Shown here: positions 1 through 8,899 of the stretch, one piece after another
How the letters are laid out: the number at the start of each line of letters is the position of its first letter
Position numbering within the stretch: the first letter of the stretch is position 1
Source of the DNA: an uncultured Enterobacteriaceae bacterium
Lineage (GTDB): Bacteria > Pseudomonadota > Gammaproteobacteria > Burkholderiales > SG8-39
DNA length: 64,000 nucleotides
Assembly: GCA_964583645.1 (NCBI GenBank)
Contig: CAZOWR010000001.1
Coordinates: 34-64,033 of the forward strand
Direction of reading: 5' to 3'
Made by a program: the position numbers and the translations under genes
Notes under the pieces: generated by a model
Seen by the model: only the letters and a program-made list of their open reading frames with translations
What the model was told of the DNA's origin: nothing
The model's database searches: none

Positions 1-1
1 G

Positions 2-190
2 TCGCGGGGCAGGGCGGGCTGGCGCGGCGGGATCGCGCTCGCGGCGGCGCTCGCGCTCGGCGCGGTGCTCGCCTGGACGTGGTCGCCCCGCAAGGACCCG
101 CCGGCGCCGGGGGTCGCGGGCGCGGGGCTCAGACTCGAGCACGACCACGAGGGCTTCGCTGCGCGCGCGCGGCGCGCCGACGGGTCATGA
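2..190 (+). CDS. 3' end of an upstream CDS cut by the window edge (unknown product)
   Basis: Frame is open from the window edge to TGA 188-190. About 60 of 63 codons end in G/C (strong GC3 coding bias), while the track-ORF frame over 79-186 has clearly lower GC3. Contains a hydrophobic stretch IALAAALALGAVLAWTW. The stop overlaps ATG 187 as ATGA. Confidence 0.4.
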   Translation, partial: SRGRAGWRGGIALAAALALGAVLAWTWSPRKDPPAPGVAGAGLRLEHDHEGFAARARRADGS

Positions 191-1215
191 TCGTCGACCT
201 GCGCTCGGACACCGTGACGCGACCCTCGGCGGGGATGCGGCGCGCGATGGCCGAAGCGGAGGTGGGCGACGATGTCTTCGGCGACGACCCCACGGTGAAC
301 CGGCTGCAGGAGCGCGCCGCGCAGCTCCTCGGCTGCGAGGGCGCGCTGCTGTTTCCCTCCGGCACGCAGTCCAACCTCGCCGCGCTCATGAGCCACTGCC
401 AGCGCGGCGACGAGTACCTGGTCGGCCAGGAGGCCCACGCTTACCGCTTCGAGGCGGGCGGGGGCGCGGTGCTCGGCTCGATCCAGCCGCAGCCGCTCGC
501 CAACCGTCCCGACGGCACGCTCGATCTCGCCGAGGTCGAGGCGGCGATCAAGCCCGACGACCCGCATTTCGCGCGCACGCGCCTGCTCGCGCTCGAGAAC
601 ACGATCGGCGGGCGGGTCATCTCCCGGGCGTACCTCGGGGAGGCCCTCGCGCTGGCGAGGCGCAAGGGCCTCGCGACGCACCTCGACGGGGCGCGGCTGT
701 TCAACGCCGCGGTGGCGCTGGGGCTGCCGGCGGCCGAGCTGTGCCGCGGCTTCGACTCGGTCTCGGTGTGCCTGTCCAAAGGGCTGGGCGCGCCGGCCGG
801 CACGCTGCTCCTGGGCAGCGCGCCGTTCCTCGCCGCCGCGAGGCGCGCGCGCAAGATCCTCGGCGGCGCGATGCGCCAGGCCGGCGTCATCGCTGCCGCG
901 GGGCTGTACGCGCTCGAGCACAACGTCGCCAGGCTGGCCGAGGACCACGCCAACGCGGCGCGGCTCGCCGCCGGGCTGGCCGGGCTGCCGCGCCTGGAGG
1001 TCGAGCCGCCCCGGACCAACATGGTGTTCGTGCGCCTGCCCCCGGAGCAGGCCGAGGCCCTGGCGCAGCATCTCGCGCGCGAGGGGGTGCGGGTGCTGCC
1101 CGGCGCGCGTCTGCGGCTCGTGACGCACCTCGACGTGGACCGGGCCGGCGTCGAGCATGCGCTCGCCGCCTTCGGTGCCTTCTTCGGCGCGCGGCGGGCC
1201 GCCGGAGCCGCCTAG
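187..1215 (+). CDS. ltaE: low-specificity L-threonine aldolase (PLP-dependent)
   Basis: Track ORF 79..1215. The family-type N-terminus starts at MIVDLRSDTVTRPS (ATG 187). Motifs GDDVFGDDPTVNRLQ, FPSGTQSNL and CLSKGLGAP (PLP-lysine region) are typical of threonine aldolases. Confidence 0.85.
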   Translation: MIVDLRSDTVTRPSAGMRRAMAEAEVGDDVFGDDPTVNRLQERAAQLLGCEGALLFPSGTQSNLAALMSHCQRGDEYLVGQEAHAYRFEAGGGAVLGSIQPQPLANRPDGTLDLAEVEAAIKPDDPHFARTRLLALENTIGGRVISRAYLGEALALARRKGLATHLDGARLFNAAVALGLPAAELCRGFDSVSVCLSKGLGAPAGTLLLGSAPFLAAARRARKILGGAMRQAGVIAAAGLYALEHNVARLAEDHANAARLAAGLAGLPRLEVEPPRTNMVFVRLPPEQAEALAQHLAREGVRVLPGARLRLVTHLDVDRAGVEHALAAFGAFFGARRAAGAA

Positions 1216-1284
1216 CCTTCCCGCTTACAAAGACTTGCGAACCGGCGGCTCGCGCCGCGCGCGGCGGCGTGCTAAATACTGTAC

Positions 1285-3678
1285 ATGGAGGTCTGGCAGG
1301 TTCTTGCGGCGCTGCTGGCGCTCGGCGCGGCGGCCGCGTTCTGGGCGGGGCGCCTCAGCCGCACCGCGGCGACGCTGCGGCAGGCCGAGCAGCGGCTGCG
1401 CAGCCTCGCGGCGCTGACCTCCGACTTCTTCTGGGAGACCGACGCCGAGTCGCGCTTCACGCGGCTGGAAGGCGAGGTCGGCGGCGCGCTCGGGGCGAGC
1501 CCCGCGGCCGCGCTCGGCCGCCCGATCTGGGACGTCGGCCTGCGCGTGAACGGCGATCTCGCGGCGCACCTGCGCCTGCTGGAGGCGCGCCTGCCGTTCC
1601 GCGAGGTGGAATTCGTACGCCTGGGCGCCGACCGGCAGGTGGCGCAGGTGCTGCTGGTGAGCGGCGAGCCGCGCCTCGGCGCGAAGGGCGAGTTCCTCGG
1701 CTACCGCGGCGTGGCGCGCAACGTCACCGAGCGCAACCGGCTCGCGGCTGCGGTGCGCCGCACCCAGGAGCGGCTGCGCCTGATGATCGACGCGATGCCG
1801 GCGATCATCGCCTACATCGGCCGCGACGAGCGCTACATCTTCGTCAACCGCGGCCACGCCGAGCTGTGCGGCCTGTCCGCGGCGCAGACCGCGGGCCGCA
1901 GCGTGCTCGAGGTGCTGGGCGAGGAGGACTACGGCGCGGTCCGGCAGTATCTGGCGCGCGCCCTCGCGGGAGAGGAGGTGCGCTTCGAGCGCCGGCGCAG
2001 GCGCGCCGACGGCGCGCTGCGGGACGTGCGCGCGCACTACGTTCCGGAGCTCGACGCCGCGGGCGCGGTGCGCGCGCTGGTGGTTCTCGCCGTCGACGTC
2101 ACCGAGGCGATGGACTCGCGCCGCGCGCTGGCGGCGAGCGAGGCGCGCTTCCGCGACGTGGTCGAGCTGTCCGTCGACTGGGTCTGGGAGAGCGACGCCC
2201 GGCACCGCCTCACCTACGTCTCGAAGGAGATCGAGCGCTTGCTCGAGGTGCCCGCCGGGGAGGTGCTCGGCAGGGCGCGCTGGGAGATGCCGTTTCTCGA
2301 GGCGAGCCCGGCCGCGTGGGCGGAGCACCGCCGCGTGCTGGAGGCGCGCCAGCCGTTCGCCGACCTGCGCCTGGTGCGCCGCGGCCGCGACGGGCGCGTG
2401 TCGCACCACGCCGTCTCGGGCCGCCCGGTGTTCGGCGCGGACGGGGGCTTTCTCGGCTACCGCGGGGTGGGCCGCGACGTCACCGCCGAGGCCGAGGCGG
2501 CCGAGGCGCTGCGCGCCGAGCGCGACCGGCTGGCCGAGAGCGAGCTGCGCTTCCGCAGCCTGTTCGAGGTCTCGCAGGAGGGCATGGCGGTCCACCGCGA
2601 CGGGGTGGTCGAGCTGGCCAACTCGGCGATGGCGCGCATGCTCGGCGCGCCCGGCCCCGAGGCGCTCGTCGGCATGCACGTCGAGGACTGGGTGACCCCC
2701 GAGCACCGCGACAGCATTCGCGAGCGGCTGCAGCGGCTGCAGCAGGGCGAAAGCGCGCTCGCCTACCGGGAGCGCAAGCTGCTGCGGCTGGACGGCGGCA
2801 TCCTCGAGGTGGAGATCGGCGGCGCGGCTTTCGTCTCGGGCGGGGTGCGTCGCCTGACGCTCGTGGCGCGCGACGTCTCGGCGCGCAAGGCGCACGAGCG
2901 CCAGGCGCGCGAGCTCAACGCGGAGCTCGAGCGGCGCGTGCAGAGCCGCACCGCCGAGCTGACCGCCGCCTACCGCGAGATGGAGGCGTTCTCCTCGCTC
3001 GTGTCGCACGACCTGCGCGCGCCGCTGCGCGCCATCGCGGGCTTCTCGCGCATCGTGCTCGAGGACTTCCGCGGCGAGATTCCGGCCGAGGCGCAGCGCC
3101 TGCTCGGCCGCGTGGCGCACAACGCCGAGCGCATGAGCGCGCTCATCGACGGGCTGCTCGAGTTCGGCCGGCTCTCGCGCCAGCCGCTGCGGCTGCGGCG
3201 CGTGCAGCCGGCGGCGCTGGCGCGCGAGGTGCTCGAGGAGCAGGGCGCCGAGCGCGCCGGCCGCCGCGTCGAGGTCCGCGTCGAGGACATGCCCGAGTGC
3301 CGCGCCGACCCGGTGCTGCTCAAGCAGGTCTACGCCAACCTCATCTCCAACGCCCTCAAATACACCCGCCTGCGCGCCGAGGCGCGCATCGAGATCGGCG
3401 CCATCGCCATGGGCCTGGGGCCGGTGTACTACGTGCGGGACAACGGCGCCGGCTTCGACGCTGCGCTGGCGAAGAAGCTGTTCGGCATGTTCGAGCGGCT
3501 GCACGAGGCGCACGAGTTCGAGGGCACCGGGGTGGGGCTGGCGCTGGTGCAGCGCATCGTCGAGCGCCACGGCGGCACGGTGTGGGCCGACTCGGCGCCC
3601 GACCGCGGCGCGACCTTCTTCTTCCGGCTGGGCGGCGAGGCGCCGGCCGCGCGCGAGGCGGGCCGCGCGGCAGCCTGA
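1285..3678 (+). CDS. membrane-anchored multi-PAS sensor histidine kinase
   Basis: 797 aa with an N-terminal hydrophobic segment. Repeated PAS-like blocks (FFWETDAESRFTRLEG, WVWESDARHRLTYVS, coiled linker). HisKA H-box SLVSHDLRAPL. HATPase_c boxes NALKYT, VRDNGAGF, GTGVGLALV. No adjacent response regulator. Confidence 0.85.
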   Translation: MEVWQVLAALLALGAAAAFWAGRLSRTAATLRQAEQRLRSLAALTSDFFWETDAESRFTRLEGEVGGALGASPAAALGRPIWDVGLRVNGDLAAHLRLLEARLPFREVEFVRLGADRQVAQVLLVSGEPRLGAKGEFLGYRGVARNVTERNRLAAAVRRTQERLRLMIDAMPAIIAYIGRDERYIFVNRGHAELCGLSAAQTAGRSVLEVLGEEDYGAVRQYLARALAGEEVRFERRRRRADGALRDVRAHYVPELDAAGAVRALVVLAVDVTEAMDSRRALAASEARFRDVVELSVDWVWESDARHRLTYVSKEIERLLEVPAGEVLGRARWEMPFLEASPAAWAEHRRVLEARQPFADLRLVRRGRDGRVSHHAVSGRPVFGADGGFLGYRGVGRDVTAEAEAAEALRAERDRLAESELRFRSLFEVSQEGMAVHRDGVVELANSAMARMLGAPGPEALVGMHVEDWVTPEHRDSIRERLQRLQQGESALAYRERKLLRLDGGILEVEIGGAAFVSGGVRRLTLVARDVSARKAHERQARELNAELERRVQSRTAELTAAYREMEAFSSLVSHDLRAPLRAIAGFSRIVLEDFRGEIPAEAQRLLGRVAHNAERMSALIDGLLEFGRLSRQPLRLRRVQPAALAREVLEEQGAERAGRRVEVRVEDMPECRADPVLLKQVYANLISNALKYTRLRAEARIEIGAIAMGLGPVYYVRDNGAGFDAALAKKLFGMFERLHEAHEFEGTGVGLALVQRIVERHGGTVWADSAPDRGATFFFRLGGEAPAAREAGRAAA

Positions 3679-3681
3679 GCG

Positions 3682-4620
3682 CTAGCCGGCGTCGGGCTGC
3701 GCCGCCTCGCGCGGCGGCGCGCGCCCGCCGCCGAACTGCGCCCAGGCGACTCCCGCCATGGTGACGCCGGCAGCCGCCAGCTTGAGCGGCGTGAAGGTCT
3801 CGCCGAGCGTCAGCCAGGCCACCACCCCCGCGATCGGCGGCATCAGGTACTGGAGCGGCGCGGTGCGCGCGAGGCCCCGCACCGAGTTCACCCAGGCCCA
3901 CGCCAGCCATCCCAGGAACGAGGACACGAAGACGGCCCAGGCGAGCCAGGCCCACGCGCTCCAGGGCACCGCGCCGTACTCGAGCGCGAGCACCGACGGA
4001 ATCGAGGCGAGCAGCAGCGGCGGCGCGCCGAAGGCGAGCGTCCAGCACAGCAGCAGCAGCGGCCCGTAGCGTTCCACCAGCGGCCGGGCGAGCACCGTGT
4101 AGAGCGAGAACAGCGCCGCCGCGAACAGCAGCGCGAGGTCGCCGAGCCCGGCGCGGGCGAGCCCGGCCGCGAGCTTGTCCGAGAGGAACACCAGGATGCC
4201 GCCGAGCGCGGCGAGCGTCCCCGCGACCTGCGAGGCGCGCAGGCGCTCGGCGCCGAGCGCCGCGAGGATGAGCAGCGTGAAGACCGGGCCGCTGGTCAGC
4301 ACCAGCGCGCTGGAGAACGCGGTGGAGAGGTGGATGCCCCAGATCACGATGCCGACGTGCCCGGTGTGCGCGAGCAGGCCCAGCCCGGCGAAGCGCGCCC
4401 AGTCGCCGCGCCGCGGCAGCGCGAAGCCGAGCCGCCGGCGGTAGATCCAGGCGAGCAGCGCAAAGGCGATGAGCGGCATGCCGAGATAGCGGAAGAAGAG
4501 GAAGGGCCCCACGCCGATGTGCTCGAGCACGTGCTTGGTGACGGCGAAGTTGGCCCCCCAGACCGCCATGGTGGCGATCGCGGCGGCGAGCGACCAGCGC
4601 GCGGCGGTGGCGGAGGTCAT
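3682..4620 (-). CDS. EamA/DMT-family transporter
   Basis: 312 aa, about 10 hydrophobic helices and two EamA-like halves. Convergent with the kinase gene with only a 3-nt gap. Confidence 0.75.
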   Translation of the reverse strand: MTSATAARWSLAAAIATMAVWGANFAVTKHVLEHIGVGPFLFFRYLGMPLIAFALLAWIYRRRLGFALPRRGDWARFAGLGLLAHTGHVGIVIWGIHLSTAFSSALVLTSGPVFTLLILAALGAERLRASQVAGTLAALGGILVFLSDKLAAGLARAGLGDLALLFAAALFSLYTVLARPLVERYGPLLLLCWTLAFGAPPLLLASIPSVLALEYGAVPWSAWAWLAWAVFVSSFLGWLAWAWVNSVRGLARTAPLQYLMPPIAGVVAWLTLGETFTPLKLAAAGVTMAGVAWAQFGGGRAPPREAAQPDAG

Positions 4621-4634
4621 GAGGCCGCGCAGGT

Positions 4635-4640
4635 TACACT
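4635..4640 (+). promoter_or_regulatory. -10-like hexamer TACACT 5 nt upstream of the aminotransferase ATG (leaderless candidate)
   Basis: AT-rich hexamer in the 25-bp gap 4621-4645. No Shine-Dalgarno between it and ATG 4646. Confidence 0.3.
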
Positions 4641-4645
4641 AGCCG

Positions 4646-5803
4646 ATGCTCTCCGCGCGACCCGCGGTTCGCGCGCTCGGCGCCTCCAAGATCCGCGAGC
4701 TGTTCAACTCGGGCCTCGGGCGCGGCGACATCCTGCCGTTCTGGGTCGGCGAGCCCGACGAGCCGACGCCCGAGTTCATCCGCAAGGCGGGCATGGACTC
4801 GATCGCCGCGGGCGAGACCTTCTACACGCACAACCTCGGCATCCCCGAGCTGCGCGAGGCGCTCGCCGCCTACCTCACGCGCCTGCACCGCCCGACCGGT
4901 GCCGGCGAGGTGGTGGTGACGAGCGCCGGGGTCAACGCGCTGATGCTCGCCTCGCAGCTGCTGCTCGACCCGGGCGACCGCGTGGTCGAGGTGGTGCCGC
5001 TGTGGCCGAACCTGCAGGAGATCCCCCGCATCCTGGGCGCCGAGGTCGAGACGGTGCCGCTCGGGTTCTCGCGCGAGGGCTGGAGGCTCGACCTGGACCG
5101 GCTGCTCGATGCGCTCACGCCGCGCACGCGCGCGCTTTACGTGAACTCGCCGAACAACCCCACCGGCTGGACCATCGGCCGCGAGGCGCAGCGGGTGCTG
5201 CTCGGGCACTGCCGGCGCCACGGCATCTGGATCTTCGCCGACGACGCCTACGAGCGCCTCTATTACGGAGACGGGGGAATCGCGCCTTCGTTCCTGGACC
5301 TCGCGGCGCCCGAGGAGCGGGTGCTCAGCACCAACACCTTCTCCAAGTCCTGGCTCATGACCGGCTGGCGGCTGGGCTGGGTGGCGCTGCCCGCGTCGCT
5401 CGCCGCGGACCTGGGGAAGCTGGTCGAGTACAACACCTCCTGCGCCCCGGTGTTCGTGCAGCGCGCGGGGCTCGCCGCGCTCGCCGAGGGCGAGGCCGTG
5501 ATCCGGCGGACCCTGGCGCGCTTCCGCGCGGCGCGCGACTGGCTGGTCGGCGCGCTCAACACGCTGCCCGGGGTCGAGGCGGCGCTGCCCTCGGGGACGA
5601 TGTACGCGTTCTTTCGCGTCGCCGGCGTGGCGGACAGCCTCGAGTTCTGCAAGCGCCTGGTGCGCGATGCCGGCCTCGGGCTGGCGCCCGGATCGGCCTT
5701 CGGCCCCGAAGGCGAGGGGTTCGTCCGCTGGTGCTTCGCGGCCACGCCCGAGCGACTCGAAGAAGGCATCGCCCGCCTGCGGCGCGCGCTCGCGCACCGT
5801 TAG
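4646..5803 (+). CDS. class I/II PLP-dependent aminotransferase (aspartate/aromatic type)
   Basis: 385 aa. Motifs YVNSPNNPTGW and TNTFSKSWLMTGWRLGW (SKS PLP-lysine motif), with a C-terminal RWCFA-type tail. Confidence 0.85.
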   Translation: MLSARPAVRALGASKIRELFNSGLGRGDILPFWVGEPDEPTPEFIRKAGMDSIAAGETFYTHNLGIPELREALAAYLTRLHRPTGAGEVVVTSAGVNALMLASQLLLDPGDRVVEVVPLWPNLQEIPRILGAEVETVPLGFSREGWRLDLDRLLDALTPRTRALYVNSPNNPTGWTIGREAQRVLLGHCRRHGIWIFADDAYERLYYGDGGIAPSFLDLAAPEERVLSTNTFSKSWLMTGWRLGWVALPASLAADLGKLVEYNTSCAPVFVQRAGLAALAEGEAVIRRTLARFRAARDWLVGALNTLPGVEAALPSGTMYAFFRVAGVADSLEFCKRLVRDAGLGLAPGSAFGPEGEGFVRWCFAATPERLEEGIARLRRALAHR

Positions 5804-5808
5804 GGTGC
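5794..5808. promoter_or_regulatory. NtrC-like enhancer half-palindrome GCACC-N5-GGTGC
   Basis: GCACCGTTAGGGTGC overlaps the aminotransferase stop codon, about 100 nt upstream of the sigma54 element. It resembles the NtrC consensus TGCACC-N5-GGTGCA. Confidence 0.35.
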
Positions 5809-5903
5809 CCCGCCCCAAAGCGGTGCGCCGGCGGCGCCGCTGCAGATTCCGCGGCCTCATCATTTCGCTTTCTGATTCATGCAGATGAGGCCTGCCGGCG
5901 GCA

Positions 5904-5918
5904 TGGCACGGTCGTTGC
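5904..5918 (+). promoter_or_regulatory. sigma54 (-24/-12) promoter TGGCAC-N5-TTGC upstream of urtA
   Basis: TGGCACGGTCGTTGC is an exact match to the TGGCAC-N5-TTGC core, about 70 nt upstream of urtA ATG 5988. The context is a nitrogen-scavenging operon. Confidence 0.6.
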
Positions 5919-5987
5919 GTTGAGCGATCCCGAGGCGGCGATGGCCGCCGCAAGGGCTCGATCCTTACCACGCACACGGGAGATCCA

Positions 5988-7277
5988 ATGAAGCGACGCA
6001 TTTTTCTCAAGCAGCTGGCGATGTCGGCCGCGGTCGCCGCCATCGGGTTCGGCTCCAGCGGGCTGTACGCCCAGGGCAAGACCGTCAAGATCGGCGTGCT
6101 GCACTCGCTCTCGGGCACGATGGCGATCAGCGAGACGGTGCTGAAGGACACGGTGCTGATGGCCGTGGACGAGATCAACGCCAAGGGCGGGGTGATGGGC
6201 TACAAGATCGAGCCCGTGGTGGTCGACCCGGCCTCGAACTGGCCGCTGTTCGCTGAAAAAGCGCGCCAGCTCGTCACCCAGGACAAGGTCGCGGTGGTGT
6301 TCGGCTGCTGGACCTCGGTGTCGCGCAAGTCCGTGCTGCCGGTGTTCGAGGAGCTGAACAGCCTGCTCTTCTACCCGGTGCAGTACGAGGGCGAGGAGAT
6401 CTCGAAGAACGTGTTCTACACCGGCGCCGCGCCCAACCAGCAGGCGATCCCCGCGGTCGAGTACCTGATGTCGAAGGACGGCGGCTCGGCCAAGCGCTGG
6501 GTGCTCCTGGGCACCGACTACGTCTACCCGCGCACCACCAACAAGATCCTGCGCGCGTTCCTCAAGTCGAAGGGCGTGGCCGAAGCCGACATCATGGAGG
6601 AGTACACCCCGTTCGGGCACGCCGATTACCAGACCATCATCGCCAAGATCAAGAAGTTCGCCTCGGAAGGCAAGAAGACCGCGGTGGTCTCCACGATCAA
6701 CGGCGACTCGAACGTGCCGTTCTACAAGGAGCTGGGCAACCAGGGCCTGAAGGCGACCGACGTGCCGGTGGTGGCGTTCTCGGTGGGCGAGGAGGAGCTG
6801 CGCGGCGTCGACACCAAGCCGCTGGTGGGCCACCTCGCGGCGTGGAACTACTTCATGTCGATCAAGGCGCCGGCGAACGACGAGTGGACCAAGAAGTGGG
6901 CCGCCTACGCCAAGGCGAAGAACATCGCCGGCCACAAGGACAAGCCGCTCACCAACGACCCCATGGAGGCCACCTACATCGGCATCTACATGTGGAAGCA
7001 GGCGGTGGAGAAGGCCAAGTCCTTCGACGTCGACAAGGTCCGCGTGGCGATGGCGGGCCAGACCTTCAAGGCGCCCTCGGGGATCACCTCGAAGATGGAC
7101 GAGAAGAACCACCACCTGCACAAGGCGGTGTTCATCGGCGAGGTCAAGGCGGACGGCCAGTTCAACGTCGTGTGGAAGACCAAGGGCCCGGTGAAGGCGC
7201 AGCCCTGGAGCCCGTTCATCGCGGGCAACGACAAGAAGAAGGACGAGCCGGCGCTGATGGCCGAGAAGAAGAAGTGA
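5988..7277 (+). CDS. urtA: urea ABC transporter substrate-binding protein
   Basis: 429 aa with a signal peptide. LivK-like periplasmic binding fold (KIGVLHSLSGTMAISE, VVFGCWTSVSRK). First gene of a urtABCDE-like set next to urease genes. Confidence 0.85.
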   Translation: MKRRIFLKQLAMSAAVAAIGFGSSGLYAQGKTVKIGVLHSLSGTMAISETVLKDTVLMAVDEINAKGGVMGYKIEPVVVDPASNWPLFAEKARQLVTQDKVAVVFGCWTSVSRKSVLPVFEELNSLLFYPVQYEGEEISKNVFYTGAAPNQQAIPAVEYLMSKDGGSAKRWVLLGTDYVYPRTTNKILRAFLKSKGVAEADIMEEYTPFGHADYQTIIAKIKKFASEGKKTAVVSTINGDSNVPFYKELGNQGLKATDVPVVAFSVGEEELRGVDTKPLVGHLAAWNYFMSIKAPANDEWTKKWAAYAKAKNIAGHKDKPLTNDPMEATYIGIYMWKQAVEKAKSFDVDKVRVAMAGQTFKAPSGITSKMDEKNHHLHKAVFIGEVKADGQFNVVWKTKGPVKAQPWSPFIAGNDKKKDEPALMAEKKK

Positions 7278-7300
7278 TGGCGGCCTGACGCGAGGCGGGG

Positions 7301-7324
7301 AGAGGGCCGGCTCGCCGGCCCTCT
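7301..7324 (+). terminator. GC-rich stem-loop after urtA (intra-operon attenuator/mRNA-stabiliser candidate)
   Basis: AGAGGGCCGG-CTCG-CCGGCCCTCT gives a perfect 10-bp stem with a 4-nt loop, 24 nt after the urtA stop. No U-tract follows, and urtB ATG is at 7331. Confidence 0.4.
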
Positions 7325-7330
7325 TCACGT

Positions 7331-8899
7331 ATGCGCAAGCTTCTTCCCATCGTCCTGCTCGCGCTCGCCGGGCACGCCTGGGGGCTGGACCGCGCCGCGG
7401 TCGGCAAGCTCGCCTTCGGGGAGTCCGATGAGCGCAGCGCCGCGATCGCGGCGCTCGTCGCCGAGGGCGATCCGCGCGCCGCGGAAGTGCTCTCGGCGCT
7501 CGCCGCCGGGCACATGCGCACCGCGGGCGAGCGCGTGCTGATCGCCAAGGGCGAGAGCGCCGCCGACGCCGTGACGGGGGAGGCGGTGACGCCGGTGCCC
7601 GGGGACATGGAGGAGGTTATCGCCAACAACCGGCTGCGCGGCGAGATCGAGGGTGCGCTCGCGGCGCTCAAGCTCTTCTCCGGGGAGCGCGGCGTGCGCC
7701 TCGAGGCGGCGAAGGCGCTCGCCGGGGGAGCGGACGCGGGCGTTCTGCCGGTGGTGAAGCGCGCCCTCGGGAAGGAGAAGGATGCCGAGATCCGGGCGCT
7801 GCTCGATCTCACAGCGGCCTCGATGGAGGTGGCGGGCGGACCGCAGCAGACGCGGCTCGCCGCGATCGCCCGCCTGGGCGAGTCCTCCAGCGCCAACAGC
7901 CGCACGCTGCTCGCGGCCGCGCTGAACGACGCCGATCAGGACATCCGCATCGCCGCCGAGCGGAGCCTGCGCGCGGTGCAGGGACGCCTCGCCTGGGGCG
8001 AGCGCGCCGGGCTCGCCTTCGCCGGGGTGTCGCTCGGCTCGATCCTGCTGCTCGCGGCCCTCGGGCTCGCCATCACCTACGGCCTGATGGGCGTGATCAA
8101 CATGGCGCACGGCGAGCTGATCATGATCGGCGCCTACACCACCTACGTGGTGCAGAACCTCTTCAAGGCGCACCTGCCCGGCGCCTTCGACTGGTACCTG
8201 CTCGCCGCCGTGCCGGCCTCGTTCGTCGTCGCCGCGCTGGTCGGCATGGCGCTCGAGCGCGGCGTGATCCGGTGGCTCTACGGCCGGCCGCTCGAGACGC
8301 TGCTCGCCACCTGGGGCATCAGCCTGATGCTGATCCAGGCGGTACGCACGATCTTCGGCGCGCAGAACGTGCAGGTCGAGAACCCCGCGTTCATGTCGGG
8401 CGGGATCGAGGCGTTCTCCAACGTGGTGCTGCCCTGGAACCGCATCGTCATCATCTGCTTCGCCGCGGCGGTGCTCGCGGCGATGTGGCTCCTGCTCACG
8501 CGCACGCGGCTGGGCCTGTTCGTGCGCGGGGTGACGCAGAACCGGGACATGGCGGCCTGCGTCGGCGTGCCCACGGCGCGCGTCGACACCTGGGCGTTCG
8601 GCCTGGGCTCGGGAATCGCGGGGCTCGCCGGCTGCGCGCTCTCGCAGATCGGCAACGTCGGCCCCGACCTCGGGCAGGGCTACATCGTGGACTCGTTCAT
8701 GGTGGTGGTGTTCGGCGGCGTGGGCCAGCTCGCGGGCACCGTCTACGCGGCGCTGGTGCTCGGCTTCGCCAACAAGGCGCTCGAGTCGGTCTCCGGCGCG
8801 GTCATCGCCAAGATCGCGGTGCTCGTCTTCATCATCTTCTTCATCCAGCGCCGGCCGCAGGGCCTGTTCGCGGCGAAGGGCAGGGCCCTCGAGGCATGA
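7331..8899 (+). CDS. urtB: urea ABC transporter permease with long N-terminal HEAT-like extension
   Basis: 522 aa. About 230 aa of signal plus alpha-helical repeat region, then a LivH-type permease core (INMAHGELIMIGAYTTY). Confidence 0.85.
   Translation: MRKLLPIVLLALAGHAWGLDRAAVGKLAFGESDERSAAIAALVAEGDPRAAEVLSALAAGHMRTAGERVLIAKGESAADAVTGEAVTPVPGDMEEVIANNRLRGEIEGALAALKLFSGERGVRLEAAKALAGGADAGVLPVVKRALGKEKDAEIRALLDLTAASMEVAGGPQQTRLAAIARLGESSSANSRTLLAAALNDADQDIRIAAERSLRAVQGRLAWGERAGLAFAGVSLGSILLLAALGLAITYGLMGVINMAHGELIMIGAYTTYVVQNLFKAHLPGAFDWYLLAAVPASFVVAALVGMALERGVIRWLYGRPLETLLATWGISLMLIQAVRTIFGAQNVQVENPAFMSGGIEAFSNVVLPWNRIVIICFAAAVLAAMWLLLTRTRLGLFVRGVTQNRDMAACVGVPTARVDTWAFGLGSGIAGLAGCALSQIGNVGPDLGQGYIVDSFMVVVFGGVGQLAGTVYAALVLGFANKALESVSGAVIAKIAVLVFIIFFIQRRPQGLFAAKGRALEA

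Noticed and set aside
79-186. 36-codon N-terminal extension of the threonine aldolase in the ORF track
   Set aside because: The extension is Arg/Gly-rich with lower GC3. The family N-terminus begins at MIVDLRSD (ATG 187), and a different frame with near-perfect GC3 bias runs into TGA 188-190.
741-3764. 1007-aa ORF (and the antisense 781-aa ORF 1225..3570) overlapping ltaE and the histidine kinase
   Set aside because: Extremely Arg/Ala/Gly/Pro-rich low-complexity translation with no recognisable domain. It lies in an alternative frame of genes with clear family motifs and GC3 bias, which is the typical long spurious ORF of very GC-rich DNA.
5825-5837. Second NtrC-like site GCGCC-GGC-GGCGC upstream of urtA
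   Set aside because: The spacing (N3) and sequence deviate from TGCACC-N5-GGTGCA. In this GC-rich context such short GC palindromes are expected by chance.
5877-7328. 483-aa ORF antisense to urtA, and similar antisense ORFs over ureC (13687..15297) and urtC (8743..9963)
   Set aside because: Mirror-frame ORFs of highly GC3-biased genes, with His/Arg/Asp/Leu/Val-rich repetitive translation and no family motifs.
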